Origin: Dudresnaya verticillata
Lineage: Eukaryota
Reading direction: 5' to 3'
Length of the DNA: 64,000 bases
Assembly: GCA_977862235.1 (NCBI GenBank)
Contig: OZ374557.1
Location: 558,001-622,000 of the forward strand
The notes beneath the pieces are model-generated. The model saw nothing but the letters and a program-made list of their open reading frames with translations. It did not search any database and was not told the origin of the DNA. Positions 1-12,700 of this stretch are shown piece by piece. Every line of letters begins with the position of its first letter. The first letter of the stretch is position 1. Both the position numbers and the translations under genes were made by a program.

Positions 1-660
1 TATAGGTGCATCCTAGTATCATATCGACGGCTAGCGCCGAAACCACGACGAATGGTTGACGGACCGTGTAGATTCCAATCCTGACGACGAGGGAGATCAT
101 TCCTAATGTTGGTAAGCGGTGGCTTGATGCCGAGGTGAGGTTGACGATCGACTGGGTCGAGGAAACCTTCTTCCGGTAGTCCAAAGAGAGCACGTCAGCT
201 CTGATGTGATTGGGGCCTGCGCCCGTGTCCAGAACTGAAAGTACTTGAGTCATATTTTCAACAGAGGTCCCAACGGACGTGACAACGTTATAGTTGTATC
301 TCGATAGCGCGCACACTGGGTCCTTAATGTACTCATCATACTTGCACCCGGGGGGTAAGCCCACGGGGCGTGCTAAAACCTTCTTTGGAAGAGGAAGCTG
401 GAGTTCCCGTGAGACCGATCATTCGGGTGAGGGAGGGCATAGTAAATGGCATTCCTCGGAGCGATCGGGGGGTTCCGATACGACTGGAGTTGCCCAGTGG
501 ACCGAAACCGGTTCCCCCTTGCTAGTTTTTCGGCCTAGTCAACCCTTGGAAGGGCCTGAGGCGACGACGTCTGCTCCGGACCCTAGTGGTGAGGATGCGA
601 GGGATGGGACCGAGCCAGGCGGCGACGTCACGAAGGATCCCATGTTCGCATGGCTCATGC
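1..660 (-). pseudogene. pol: Ty3/Gypsy gag C-terminus and aspartic protease (element Z, runs off the left edge)
   Basis: Minus strand ~200-295 reads YNVVTSVGTSVENMTQVLSVLDTGAGPNHIRA (retropepsin DTG motif). A gag-type end CCG AAA AAC TAG lies at 522-533. Confidence 0.8.
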
Positions 661-1906
661 GTTAACCATTCGCCGACTGGGTCCCACCATAGGTGTAGTT
701 GAAGCGGCTTATCCGCGTGAAAATGTTCGTTGCTTGTCAAAGTAAGTAAAGCCAGTCCCCCTTTGACCAAACATTCTCCCCTTTGCCCTTAGTTAGCGTA
801 GTTGATGATACTGTACGACCCGAGCGAGGTGGGCGCGTGTGCCAAGAGCAGTTGAAGTGGGTGGTCCGCGCATAGATTGTCGTTGCTTGGAAACACCCAC
901 TCGACTCACGTACTAGGTTAGCGTGCCGCGTCTCCCGGTACCATGAGACGTATGGTTATAGGAACACCCGAGGAAGTTGACCTGCGTGGAGTTACTCGTC
1001 GATTTTCAACGTGGGGTGGTCGAACACCTTGACGTAGAACCCGGCTGCAGGACACGCGGTTGGGTTGGAATGTATTAGCTAATAGCTTAGCACTAGCGCT
1101 AGCCACAACAGATCTCCGCTTCATAACAGTAGTCAGAGCGGCTCATCTGCGTGTTGATATTCGTTGATTCACAACGTCGCCTTGTCTTGCTTGCCATAGC
1201 CGGCGAAGGTTTTCCCATTTGCGTAGCAGCGGTCTTTGTGAGACGTCACAGTAACAATTGTCGTCATAAGCCATGGTCGATTATTCATCTTGTGTCAATG
1301 TTATTAAGATCAAGGCCTCTTAGCGCAAGGTCTCACTCGCCCCGTAGATGATCTTGGCCTCACGAAGGGTGCCATTACGGCACCGCATTAGCGGTGGTCG
1401 AAGCGGTTCGACCGCGTTAAAGTCCGTTGTTGGGCAACGTATGGGAGTCACTTCCGGGCCCCGTTGGGCGGTAAACAGTGTATTTGCGTCGTGGGGTATG
1501 CCCCTATCGGAGTTCGCACGGGGCGTAGTAACAACAGTCATGATGAGAGCGGTCTATCCGCGTGATGATGTTCGTTGGTAGACAACCTGAGTCGGACCAG
1601 ACGCCTTAGCTTAAAACTTCGCCTCGTGCCATAGCTGGCGTTAGCTCCCGCCACCGGGGATCCTTCGCGCGATGATATTGGTCGTAGCGGTTCATCCGCA
1701 TAATGATACTTGCTGATCCACAACGTCGTTTCATCCTTCCTATCGTAGGGAGCTTCGGCCGGCCTCAGCATAATGTTGCGTGTTCGCAACGCGCACTGAT
1801 GAGAGCCGAGGTGGTGGGCCACGGTTTGCTATTAGTTGTGATCCAACGCGTTAGAACTGCTCTCGTCACTTGTGCTGCCGCTGTAACCCACTCCTGTTGA
1901 GGTACC

Positions 1907-4423
1907 TCAACCCACCATGGCGCGGTGCAAGTCGTTGGACGTTCCCGTTCTAGCCCTACGGCAATAGCGCAGGACCTGGCTGCGAGGTAGGTTTCGATAG
2001 GCTCGAGTGTGTTCGCGGAACTTGGATATCCAAACCACTTGACCTCGTAGAGAGTACCCTCGTTAGCGTATTCGTGGTTAACCACTTTCTCGATGACAAA
2101 AATTGTACGCGGAGCTCCCGTGGTAGGGTGTACAGTAGATGGTGCCGTTACTGTAGAGCGAGGATTGGCCTCAGTGTGTGCCATCGCTGATGGGCTCGGC
2201 TTACTTCGTTTGTCCTCGGAGGCGACTCCGCTCTTGCCGACACCGCCCACACTTGTGACTCGCCCGAGCTGTCTGGTCTGTGCACCCTCTGACGACAAGT
2301 CGTGAGAGCTGTAGAGGTGATCCTCGCGTGGTTGAAATAATGCGTCGCTCCCCGGTTTAGTGCGTATGTCATCTTTCAATGCCGAATCGTGGGGAGCCAC
2401 GTCGCCCCTATGGTATTACCGTGGCTATCCACGCCCTCAAACGCCTCGCAGTCCCGACCGGCGGGGACGGGATCGCGAGCATGGCCGACTTGATTGCCGG
2501 TATCGGCTACCACGGAGCGGGTCTCCGCGACGACGTCTCGCTCTGTGGGTTGACCACGCGGAGCTGGTTGTGCCGGTGTTACGTGGTGATCCACAACCTT
2601 GATGCTTCTACTCCGTGGCTCCTTCTCCACGTTAGCAATATCAGCGGCGCGCGGAAAGCGGTCAACCGCGTGTCCGACAGTCGGTGAGGGCAACTTAGAC
2701 TTACCTTTTGCAGCCTGTCGTGCCGTCTTGACACTAGGCGAAGGCGAATGCGTCGTCTCCGACTGTGGGGTACCCTCGTAGTTACCCGTGCGTAGGGCCC
2801 CGCTTCGGGTCTCTCACGATAAAGGGAGACTAGGCCGCGGAGGTGACTCCGCTGACACATTGTTTGCTACCCGCGGTGGTTCCGCTATTCCGCCAAACTC
2901 CCCTTTGTCAGGGACCGCCAAAGGCGGCCCCCGGCGGGCGGTAGGTTCAGGGTGGCGTGCGTCTGCGGCATGATCTGCGAGCTGCATTTGGCCTGTCTGT
3001 TCACCGGGGGACGGCTTGACTGACTCCCTGTCATTTGCCGCCGCCGGCATGGGAGATGCGGTAGTAGGCAGGGCCGAGGGAATCCTCGTTATCATTCGTG
3101 CATACTGTTGGCTGTTGCCAATTCCAGGGTCGCCCTGTGGCGGCAGATCAGCCAATCCGCGTTCACGGTTAATTGGAGCTGATGGAATCGTAGTACTTGG
3201 CCGTTGGTCGTTGGTTTTACTGCGCGGTCCGTTGTCGCCTGGCGCAGGAAATGCTTCCATGTGATCCGCTCCTGCCCTTTCGCCATCGGTCGCAAGGGTA
3301 GGCTCGGGTGGGGGTGCCAGGACCACCCTGTCGTGGGAAATCCGCTCTTGGGTGTCGTTTCCCATGTCCAGAACTACTGTGTCGCCCTCGGCCTTCACAA
3401 CCTGATATGGTCCGTCGCTGATCGGCGCGAGTTTATGTTTAGGGGCGTCCCTGCCGTAGTAATCTTTTCGGACGAAGAAGTGCGAGCCGTTACTGATTAT
3501 TTACGCGGGTAGCGGCACTCTTGCGTCGAAGTCGCGTTTGTAGCGGGCCTGCGACTTAGCGAGTTCCTTACCTGCGGTTTCCATCAGTCCGCGTAGCCAT
3601 TCCTGCCACTTTTCGCGATACTTCGCAGTAGACGGAAAGCTCCGTATCGAGGGTTCGGTCCCGATAGATAGCGGTGGCGGTGGGCCCGAAAGAACCAATT
3701 GGAAAGGTGCCAGCTTCGTCGCAGTGTGGACCTGCGTGTTGTAAGCGTACGTGAGTGCATCACTGAATAAGTCCCAATCGCACGGGTGGTCCGCGACGTA
3801 GTGACATAGGCTCGCTAGGGTAGTCTTATTAAATCGCTCGACTTGCCCATTAGTCTGGGGATGGTACGTGGTTGTAAACAGATTCTTGGCACCCAGTAAG
3901 CCACAGATAGATTGGAACAGCTTCGCGGTGAACTGCGGTCCATTATCCGACAACAATGTCTTCGGTGGTGCATAGACGAAGACCCAATGGTGGACGAACG
4001 CTTTCGCGATCTCCATCGGAGATATCCTTTTGAGCGGTATTGTCCGCGTGAGCTTCGAATGGCGGTCCACGATAAACAGTAGGAATCGGTTGCCACGCTT
4101 GGACCGGATGGGTTCTCCGAGAAGGTAAATCGAAACCCGTTCAAACGGCGCTGTCGCCGGGAATAACCGTAGGTACTTGGACACACGTCTGAGTTTGACT
4201 CGATTTCTCGCGCACGTGACGCAGTTCCGAACCGTGGTATAGCAATCCACTGCCATTGACGGCCAAAAAAAGTGGTGACGTAGAGAGTAGAAAAGCTTGC
4301 GTCCACCTGGATGACCAGCGATCTTCGCATGATGCGTCATATGTAGGGCGCGTGCGCGAAGCACGAATGGAACCACGACTTGGGGGTCGCCCTCGACAGT
4401 CCGTACTACATTGCCGTCATCAT
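1907..4423 (-). pseudogene. pol: Element B pol 3' part: integrase, long low-complexity linker, chromodomain
   Basis: ORF 3501-4580 has HH..GHPG..C..C (zinc finger) and the SDNGPQF / YHPQTNGQVERFN core. ORF 1765-2400 has FVIEKVVNHEYANEGTLYEVKWFGYPSSANTLEP, which continues after a frameshift to ...LHRAMVG* at ~1907. Confidence 0.92.
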
Positions 4424-5196
4424 TGTAGTATAGATGTCGGGTAGATCCAACGTCTAATACTCGCTGGTCCGAAGCCGCCACACAGACCCGTCGATGGGTA
4501 GCTGTTGGGGTTGGTAGAGCGGTGTCGGCCGCGTGCGCCCCGCAGGTGCGGATCGACGGCGTCGATGCCGGAGCGCGCACGGGGCGTACCGTACGCGGGT
4601 AGGCAGCGGCCGGATCCCAGCGTCCCTGTCGAAGGGCGGCACGAAGCCGACGGAAAGGAAAAGGAAAGAGGAAAAGCCTAGCGAGGCAAGGGGAAAAAGG
4701 GAAACCGCCCGCTGTCGTAAGGCAAAGGGATCGAACCCGAAAAGGCTGGAGGCAAGCTTCAGCGCGAGCTGTCGCTTGCCCGGTTTACTGAGCCGTCGAT
4801 GGCCGACGGTCTTAAATACCCTACACTATGTGCACTACAACTACTCTACTGTAGGTGCGCCCCACAACACCAACGCGGGAGGCGTGCGAGCGCGCGCCCA
4901 TACACGTGTCGACACGTCCGGGTAACGGTTACCCGTGGGCGCGCGCGGGGCGTAACGGGCAGCGGACCTCTCAACGGCTCGATGCCGGAGAGCGTCACTG
5001 GGCGCGCCGTGTGCGGCACGACACGCGGGAGCTGCCGGCAGCAATGCGGTCGACCGCTACGAAATCAACGAAAAAACTAAGGGAACGATGCCCAACCACG
5101 ACTCGCCAGCGGGCGTCATCGTGTGCACCATTACAGTGCAGGGCTGCCAGCATACCTTACAGCCGCTGCAGATAGTATGCTGACAGAGATACTACA
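4424..5196 (-). repeat. 3' LTR of element A
   Basis: TGTAGTAT...ATACTACA termini. Direct repeat of 16793-17565 (about 23 substitutions by hand count). Confidence 0.97.
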
Positions 5197-5210
5197 CGCC
5201 CCCCCTCAAG
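5197..5210 (-). other. Polypurine tract of element A
   Basis: Minus strand CTTGAGGGGGGGCG abuts the 3' LTR. Confidence 0.85.
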
Positions 5211-5283
5211 CGTGAGCGCCCCGCTCACGGCCGTTGAGGTTTCCCGGGGCCACGATGGCAATCCCGAGTGGCCGTTGACAGTG

Positions 5284-5349
5284 ATTGGCACGCGCGCCCG
5301 TCGACGGTGTATGCGCGTGTCCGCCCGTCTGCGCCGCTGCGCATATAAG
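5284..5349 (+). promoter_or_regulatory. Putative antisense promoter (inverted CCAAT + TATA) for the extra ORF of element A
   Basis: ATTGG at 5284-5288 and TATAAG at 5344-5349 lie upstream of gagATGGct at 5521. The same arrangement precedes the antisense ORF of element F. Confidence 0.5.
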
Positions 5350-5520
5350 GATCACCGCGTAGTCGGCGCTGGGGAGGTTGCGGGTATCGCTCTCCCCGAC
5401 CCCCCCTTTGCCCACACGCTTCAGCATACCAGTGACTGCTGTCGTGTTTGTATTCCGTGCTACGCTATCTCCGCCCCCTCGCTTCGACGCGATTGCCCAC
5501 GTCGACGTGCGGTGATAGAG

Positions 5521-8415
5521 ATGGCTAAGACGCGCTCGTCTGCCACTCAGGGCGCCCCTGACGAAGGGGCGCCCGCAACCACGCCGCCGCCGGCCGTTGG
5601 TGCGCCATCGACGGCTGCACCGGCGGAACCGGTGGCGGCTGCCCAGCAACTCCAGGCGCAGGATGCGCCTGGGGAGAGCGCTGCTGCGCTGCCACACCCA
5701 CCGCTCGCTGCGATGGCGGCTTCGGTGCCCACTGGCCCCGCTGCCGCTTCGGCCGCTGGGGCCGGCGCCGCTGCGCATACCGGTCTACCAGCTGCCGACA
5801 AAGCAGGAGAGGGCGCCGCTGCGCCCGCCAAGACACCGGAGATGCGTCCCGCCGCTGCGGTTGACACGTCTCACGCCGAAGGGCCCCCTGAGCCAGCAGC
5901 CGCTGCGCTGGCTCGGGGCAAGGCGACCAGACCTCTGCCGAGCTACGAGGAGGTCGAGATGGCCACCCAAGACGCGCCGCTGCGAGGTTTGGGAGGCCTG
6001 GACCGGAGTGGAGCGGCCGCTGCCGCTCCATGCCCAGAGGAGGCGGCTCCGGTCGCTGTGCCCTTCACTGCTCCACGCTTTGATGCGCCACCCGTGGCTC
6101 GTGTCCTTGACCTGACGGGGTCGTCGACGGCCTCCGCGTCAAGAGGGAGCAGAATGCGGCCTGCTGCGGCCCCATCTGTACCCCACCGGGGCCTTGGCGC
6201 ATCGGCGCAAGGCGACACCGGTGCAGGGGCGTCGACCGCCCCTGGCACAAGCATGGCCGCTGCAATTGCGTCGTCTTTGGTCGCTGCCATGGCTCCCCCT
6301 CTACCGGTCATCACCATGCGAGGGGTGTCCCTGACTATTGGGCCCCAGCGACTCGGTGTTGCGGTGCCCAATGCGGAGGCATTGCCTCCCACTGTCTTCG
6401 CGTGGGAGGTACCGCGCCACCAGATCCCGCTGGACCAGTGGCGTCGACTGCCCGTGCAAAGGATTGACGTCCAACGTCTCTTGCGCGTGGCAGATGCGAG
6501 CGATGATGGCAGGGCCGCTGCCGACAACGCCTTCATGCCCGCATCGCCGGTATGGCTCGTACCGAACGGCCTACCGTGTGACGTCTCGTTCATCACCACG
6601 ATCAAGCAGCTGCTGATCGTGGATAAGGGCGACGAAGCTCTTTTTGTGAAACCCGTCGATGGGTTCCACAAACCCCTCGCGGCCTCGTTGGCCTGGCTGA
6701 GGGACGTCCCCATCGGGGAGACGCCGGAGGAGGCGCGAGGTCTGGCCGATGCCGACTGCGTGCGCCGCCTCCTCGGGGTGTGTATGGGGGAGCGGGACTG
6801 GGCGACCTGCCGCGCCCCGGGGGATGGACTCATCACCACGGGTGCAAGCTTGCACCCGACGCTCGACGCGTCGCGGTTTCCCTCCGTGGAGTGGGATTCC
6901 CACAGGGACGTGCCCGCTGGCATGATCGTCCCGTGGCCCAGCATCGAGCGGTATTTTCACTACGCCACGGCGGGGAATGAGGCAGTTCGTCTAGAGCTCC
7001 TCGCCAGGCGCTTCGACGAGTATGCCTTCGAGGGGGAGTGTCGCTACACCTCCGACATCCTATCGAAGGAAATTTGCTGGGTCCTCGACGACCGCATCTT
7101 GGTGTACCTCGATGTACTGTGGCGCAGCAGGCGCCTGGGCTTTCCACGCCTCCGAGGCGCGGCAGGCCCGGACAACACATCGGTGACGTTCGAGTTCAAG
7201 CAGCTGCTGAACAAGACGCGCTTCGTAGCCGCTGCCAGAGAGAAGCACACACGTCGCCGCCACTTTGCAAGACGCGTCGATGCGTTCATTTGCGGGGTCA
7301 ATCTGGTGGCGGGGGCCTTTCACAAGATCCAACGCGCGCGCGCCGCGGAAGGATCGTGGATACGCCTCGATGGCGGACATGGCCCGCGTCGAGCGGGCCT
7401 CTAGGCCTCGCGCCCGTCGGGGCATTGGTGGGGCATCCAAGTCGGCCGCTGCCGTTATGGCCTCGGAGGCCGAGCCCTACTTACCACCGGTGCCACGCGT
7501 CGCGGTACCGGCACCCCGAGCTGTGGCACCACCCCCGGCTGCTGCCATCGGTGGAGGTCAGGAGCGGCAGGCAGCGGTCGATCCGCTGCCCGCCGCCTAT
7601 ACGCCGTCGAGTTAGGCGGTGAGATGTGGACCACCGCTGTCGATGGCGGTGGCCGCTTATGTGCCGCCTCCCACAACCGATGCGCTCGACGCGCCGGCGG
7701 CGAGCCTCTGGAGTGACCAAAATGTACGCCGCGCCGCGGCGCTGGTACAGTTGGGTGAGGACTCGCCGCTGCGCACTCTTGTTGCCGCCTTTGCGGCCCA
7801 TCTAGCGGGGATACATGACGATCTCGCCGCTGCGAACGCCATTGCCCTCCGCTACCGCACCGAGCGGGACAGGTTTGCGCACGATGCGCAACGACTACAG
7901 GGAGAGCTGAGGCGCGCTGCCCGCTCGTCCCCAGTGGTTGGGTCCCTCGGCAAGCGGCACGAGAAGAGTGCCAGCCGCCCCCAACGCTGGCGCCGACGCA
8001 GCAGCCTATGCCGTCGTATGCCCCAGCGCAGGCTGCGCAGCAACCGATGCTGCCTTATGCCGTCGGGCCCGCTGGTCATATGCTCCCATGGGGGCCCTCC
8101 AGCTACACCCCGTCGATGGTGGTGCAGGGCGGTGGAGTCCCACAGCAGCCGGTCACCGCTGCGCCCGTACCCCCAGGCTACGTGCTGCAGGGGTATGGTC
8201 TCCCAGTGGTTCAAGTAAGTCCTGCTGGGTTAGCGGCCGCTGCCGCTGGCGCCCCTGCGGTGTACCACGCGTCGGGTACCGCTGTGGGTGCTGCTGCGCC
8301 AACTCAGCCGCACGTTGTCGTCGAGGTGACCGGCTATGACCCCTCCGCCCCTGGCTTTGCGTCGTCGACGACTGCCCAGCCGGGAGCGGGGGCCTGGGGC
8401 AACGCTGCCCAATAA
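5521..8415 (+). CDS. Antisense accessory ORF of element A, unknown function (open 5521-7404, probably once ~960 aa)
   Basis: 627 codons are open from ATG 5521: an Ala/Pro-rich N-terminus, then a globular W/F/C-rich domain (~6330-7370). The protein-like reading continues in ORFs 7265-7615 and 7619-8218 (same frame, one TAG; coiled-coil-like) and in 8008-8415 (P/A/Y/Q tail). Confidence 0.75.
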
Positions 8416-9759
8416 TGCGATCGCCGCATAGAGTTTGCGGGCGCCGCGGCACCCAGCGATGAGAACGCCGCTGCGCCTTTTAGTCCAGTTACGCCGCTCC
8501 GTCTATAGACATGTTAAAAGGGAAAGAGGAGGGGATATGGTTTCGGCCCGCGTCCATGCGAACTTCTTTTGGCGAAAGCGTTCGCCGGCGCAGCAGCTCA
8601 GCACGTCGGGCCGCTGCCCAAAGTGAGTGCTGCGCGCGCGCATCGAGCCCGCGTGCATCGCCACTGCGCTACGACAGCGGTCGTCTCGGTGCGGAGCTTG
8701 CGTGAGCCGCTGCTCAGGTGCAATAGGCAAGCGTGCCGATCCCATGTGGCGCCCCAGCGCCGCTGCGCGGCATGCCGCCTTGGCATGGGGGAGACCACAG
8801 TGGCATCCCTTGCGCGCCCATCTTGGGCGCCTGGTGCCACTGCGGCTAGCTTCGGCGAGGCCGCTGCCTCACGCCCACTTGCCGGCGGCGTGCCGCTTCT
8901 GGCTACTCGATCAGCCGCTGCTGTTGCTCCCCGTCGGGAGGCGGTTTGCGCCCAAATTATAGCCAATCGTTGGCCGAGGATTTTTCGCAACCCCTTTCAT
9001 TGGCTGTTGCCTTCCGGCGCGTTGGCCTGGTTGGGTGTTTCCCAACCCCCCGGCTACAGGACGTACTGTAGCCGGAACACTTTTCGCGCTCGATGCGCTG
9101 CGTGCGCCCGCGCCGAGGCGCACGCCAAAAGTGACGCTCGCTTTTGGGGTGCCGTTCCACATCGAGTGCAACGGCACTTCGTTGCACCCGAGTGAGATAG
9201 CGATAGGGCCGCTGCTCTTTATCCCACACCGTTTCGCTTCGACAGCGACGGCCGTGGGCGCGTCGGCGCGCCCGCTCTGCACCCACGCTGGTGTGACCCC
9301 TCCTCGCTCAGCAGCCGCTGCGGCTGGCGCGTTGGGTTGCACTGGCGTGAGCGAAGGTAGCGCCGCATGCGCGGCGCTGATTAGCGGCTTCGGTAGCCGC
9401 TGGTCAGCGCCCCTTACCTTGCGTGCGTGAGGCGTCGACGCCTGTCATGCGCGAAGGCGAGGTAGTGGCTGTGTCTCATCGCCGCTTGCGAGTGCGTGCG
9501 ACCAGCCCGGGGCCGCTGCCCCAGGCTTGATTAGCTGGCAGCCGCCTTGTGCGCGTCGATACACCGGAATCAGCGTTCTGCTGCCCCTCTTGCGCTGCTG
9601 CCGCTGCCGCTGGCCCAAGGGTGACCTGCCTGGGCTCGGTGCCCACTGCAGGGTAGGGTGAGGCATCGATTGCCTTCGCGAAAAGGCAACGAATGCCTAC
9701 GGCCCCCTCCTCAAGTGCGAGGCACCCCCGCCGAGGGGTTATGAGGAGGAACGAGCGGC

Positions 9760-12700
9760 TTAGAGCCGGTTGGTGTTTTGCCGCCGCTGCGATGCGAAGT
9801 AGTAGCTCATCATCTCCTCGGGGAGATGGGAACGTGGTTCCCAGGTCGTCTTGCAATAGCCGGTCCACTTCACCTTGAACACGAGCGTGCCATCGTCGGC
9901 CGTGCCGTGGTCAAGGACCTTATCTACCACGAACAGTGGGCCGTCGACGGCTTTGGACGCGAGTTCCTCAGTGGTGGGTAAGTATGCGCTGCGCAGTAGC
10001 CTCCCGCAGCGGCGGGGGACAGTAGACGGCGCGGTGCGCTGCGATGCGTTCGACCAAGCCTGTTCTGTCGATAAACAGCGTGCGCTTGTCGTTCAGCAGC
10101 ACGCGGGAGGGCCCTATCGCTAGGCTCTGGAGCTTTTTGGGTTTCTTAACCCCGTCGCTCGCGTCGATGAAGACGTAGTCTCCCGCTCGAATTCGGGAGT
10201 TGACTTTTCTGACACGCTTGTCGAAGTCTTTCTTATAACGCCGCTGCGTTTTGTCGAGAGCGCTCGATGCGCTTGCGAAGGCGGCGTCGAGCCGCTTGAG
10301 AAAGTCTGCGCGCACGGCCTCACCAGGTTTCGGTCTGGCCGCTGCCTTATGAAACTTAGTGAACTCCGGCGGCGGCCGGGACAGAACGAGGCTGAAGGGT
10401 GTAGTCCGCGTCGTGCGATGGACATGGCAGTTTTAGGAACGCGTCAACGCCGCTGCGTATCGATCTCAGTCGTCCTGGTGATCGTTTATGTAATTCCTCA
10501 ACATGGCCATGACAGTCCGGTTGTAGCGCTCAACCTGACCGTTCTGCTGCGCGTGGTAGGCGGACATGAACACGTTGTTCAGTCCGAGGTAGCGGCACAC
10601 TTCCCGAAAGAACTTAGAGGTGAATTGCTTCCCGTTGTCGGACAACAGAGACCTCGGTGGTCCGTAGTGGAAGATCCACCTCTCACAGAACGCCACTGCG
10701 ACGTGGTACGCTGTGATGGTGCGCAGCGGCGCTACTTGAGTCAGCTTCGTGAACCGATCCGTCATGACGAGCAGGAATCGCTTTCCTGACTTCGTCTTGG
10801 GCAGCGGCCCTAGGATGTCGATCGCTAGCGACTCGAGCGGCCTCGTGGCCGGGAACAACTTCAACCGATGAAGGGACCTTTGCAAGCATATGTAGTTCCC
10901 GGCACAGTGCCGACAGTTCCGAACTGTCATGGCTATGTCCGCTGACATCTGTGGCCAGTAGTAGCTCTTGCGGAGCGTGTAGAACATCCTGTTCTGGCTA
11001 GGGTGGCCAGCCAGGAGGGAGTGGTGCAAGAGCGTGAGAAACCGCGGCTGTAGCGCTTCGGGCACCACTGTTACTCCAACGAGGAGATGACGGGTGACGC
11101 CGGCACAAGAGTCCGTCCTCGTCCTCGAAGAAGTGGCTATCCCGTCGACAGGACTGCCGTGCCAACACTGTTTGGCAAAAGGAATCGCGCCGCTGCGCAT
11201 CCACCAATTTCTCGACGGTTATTGGTGAAGGGAGCTTCACCGGTTCGACCCGGGTGAGGTCCGTCGGCTCTTGGCTCGCGTCGATGAGGCCAAGGTCGAA
11301 GAGGTCGACGTCGTCACAGTCATCCCAGGCTTCGTCGTCGGCAAGCCCCGGTGGCTCGTCGCCGTCCGAGGGCTCTTTGGCTTCGCTGCCATTGCCGCCC
11401 ACTGCAGCCGGTCGATCCGGCGCCTTCCGCGTCGACGCGTTGGCTTGGGACCGCGTGGTCAGCAAGACCGGCGGTGCCCTGGGTTCGATACTCGAAGCAC
11501 CCTCCTTCTGGCGGTCGACCGCCGGGGGGTCATAGGTAGGGACGTCGTCATCAACCTCCTCTTGCTACCGTCGAGGCCTCACCAGGCGGGACAGCGCGTC
11601 CGGCATCTGGTGTACCCTAACCGGGCGGTACTCTATCTGGAAGTCGAATTCCGCGAGTCGCAACCGCCAGCGGGTGAGGCGACCGGACGAATCGGTCAAG
11701 GACATGAGCCAGCGCAAGGCGTCATGGTCGGTTCGTACCGTGAACCGGGTCCCTTCGATGTAGGGACGCAGGGTTGTGATCGACCACACCACTGCAAAGC
11801 ACTCGCGTTCCGTGGCCGAGTAGTTTCGCTCCGCTGAGCTTAGTGAGTAAGACCAGTACCCAACGGGGTGTAGCTGGCCGTCCTCTTGCTCCTGGAGCAG
11901 GGCGCATCCGATCTGGTACGCTGATGCGTCCGTGTCGAGGACGTACGGCTTTCCCTCGCGAGGGAGCCGTAGGATAGGAGGCGACAACAGCGTCGCTCGC
12001 AGCGTCTCGAATGCCTCTAGCGCCGCTGCGCTTGGATTATCGAAATCCACATCCGCATCCTTGCGGGTCATATCCGTCAGCGGACGAGCGATCTTCAAGA
12101 AGTTCCTGACGAAGCGGCGTTAAACGTTACACGCCCGAGGAACGACCTCACCTTCGTTAGGGAGGTCGGGAACTGCGCATGGCGGAACGCTTCGATGCTT
12201 GTCTTCGCCATGCGTAGTTTCCCCGGCTCGATCACGTGACCGAGGTAGTGTACGCGGGACTGGAAGAAGTGGCACTTCTTCAGCTTCAGGGACACGCCAC
12301 CCTTTCGAAGCAGAGTCAGCACGCGGTCTAGGTGACCAACGTGCTCCGCGATCGACCGCGATAACATGATCACATCATCGAGATAGATCAAATAACACTG
12401 CCATCTAACTCCGCTGAGTATGATGTCTAGTGCCCGCTGGAAATTCGCCGAGGCGTTCTTCAGTCCGAAGGGCATCCGCAGGTAGCAGAACGTGCCTAGG
12501 AACGTCGTGACCGTGGTTTTATCCCTGTCTGCCGCTGCGACAGGGATCTTCCAGTACCCCGCGTTACAATCCAGCGTGGAGAATATGGCAGCGTCGCCAA
12601 GACTGTCGATACAGTCATCCACGCGTGGGAGTGGGTACGCATCGCTCAGGGTTTTGGTGTTAAGACCTCGATAGTCCACACAAAACCTGAGCGTGCCATC

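Noticed and set aside
4533..5175. Duplicated small ORFs (also 16902-17541, 51366-52112)
   Set aside because: They are chance frames within GC-rich LTR copies.
5943..6944. 333-aa minus-strand ORF
   Set aside because: It is the codon-register shadow of the plus-strand ORF, with an S/R/A-rich, non-globular composition.
5521..8415. env gene or independent host gene
   Set aside because: It is antisense to pol, has no evident signal peptide or transmembrane anchor, and lies inside the TSD-bounded element.
8500..9750. Additional ORF between the chromodomain and the antisense ORF
   Set aside because: Several overlapping GC-rich frames on both strands, none with motifs or support from the other elements. 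Not excluded, but unsupported.
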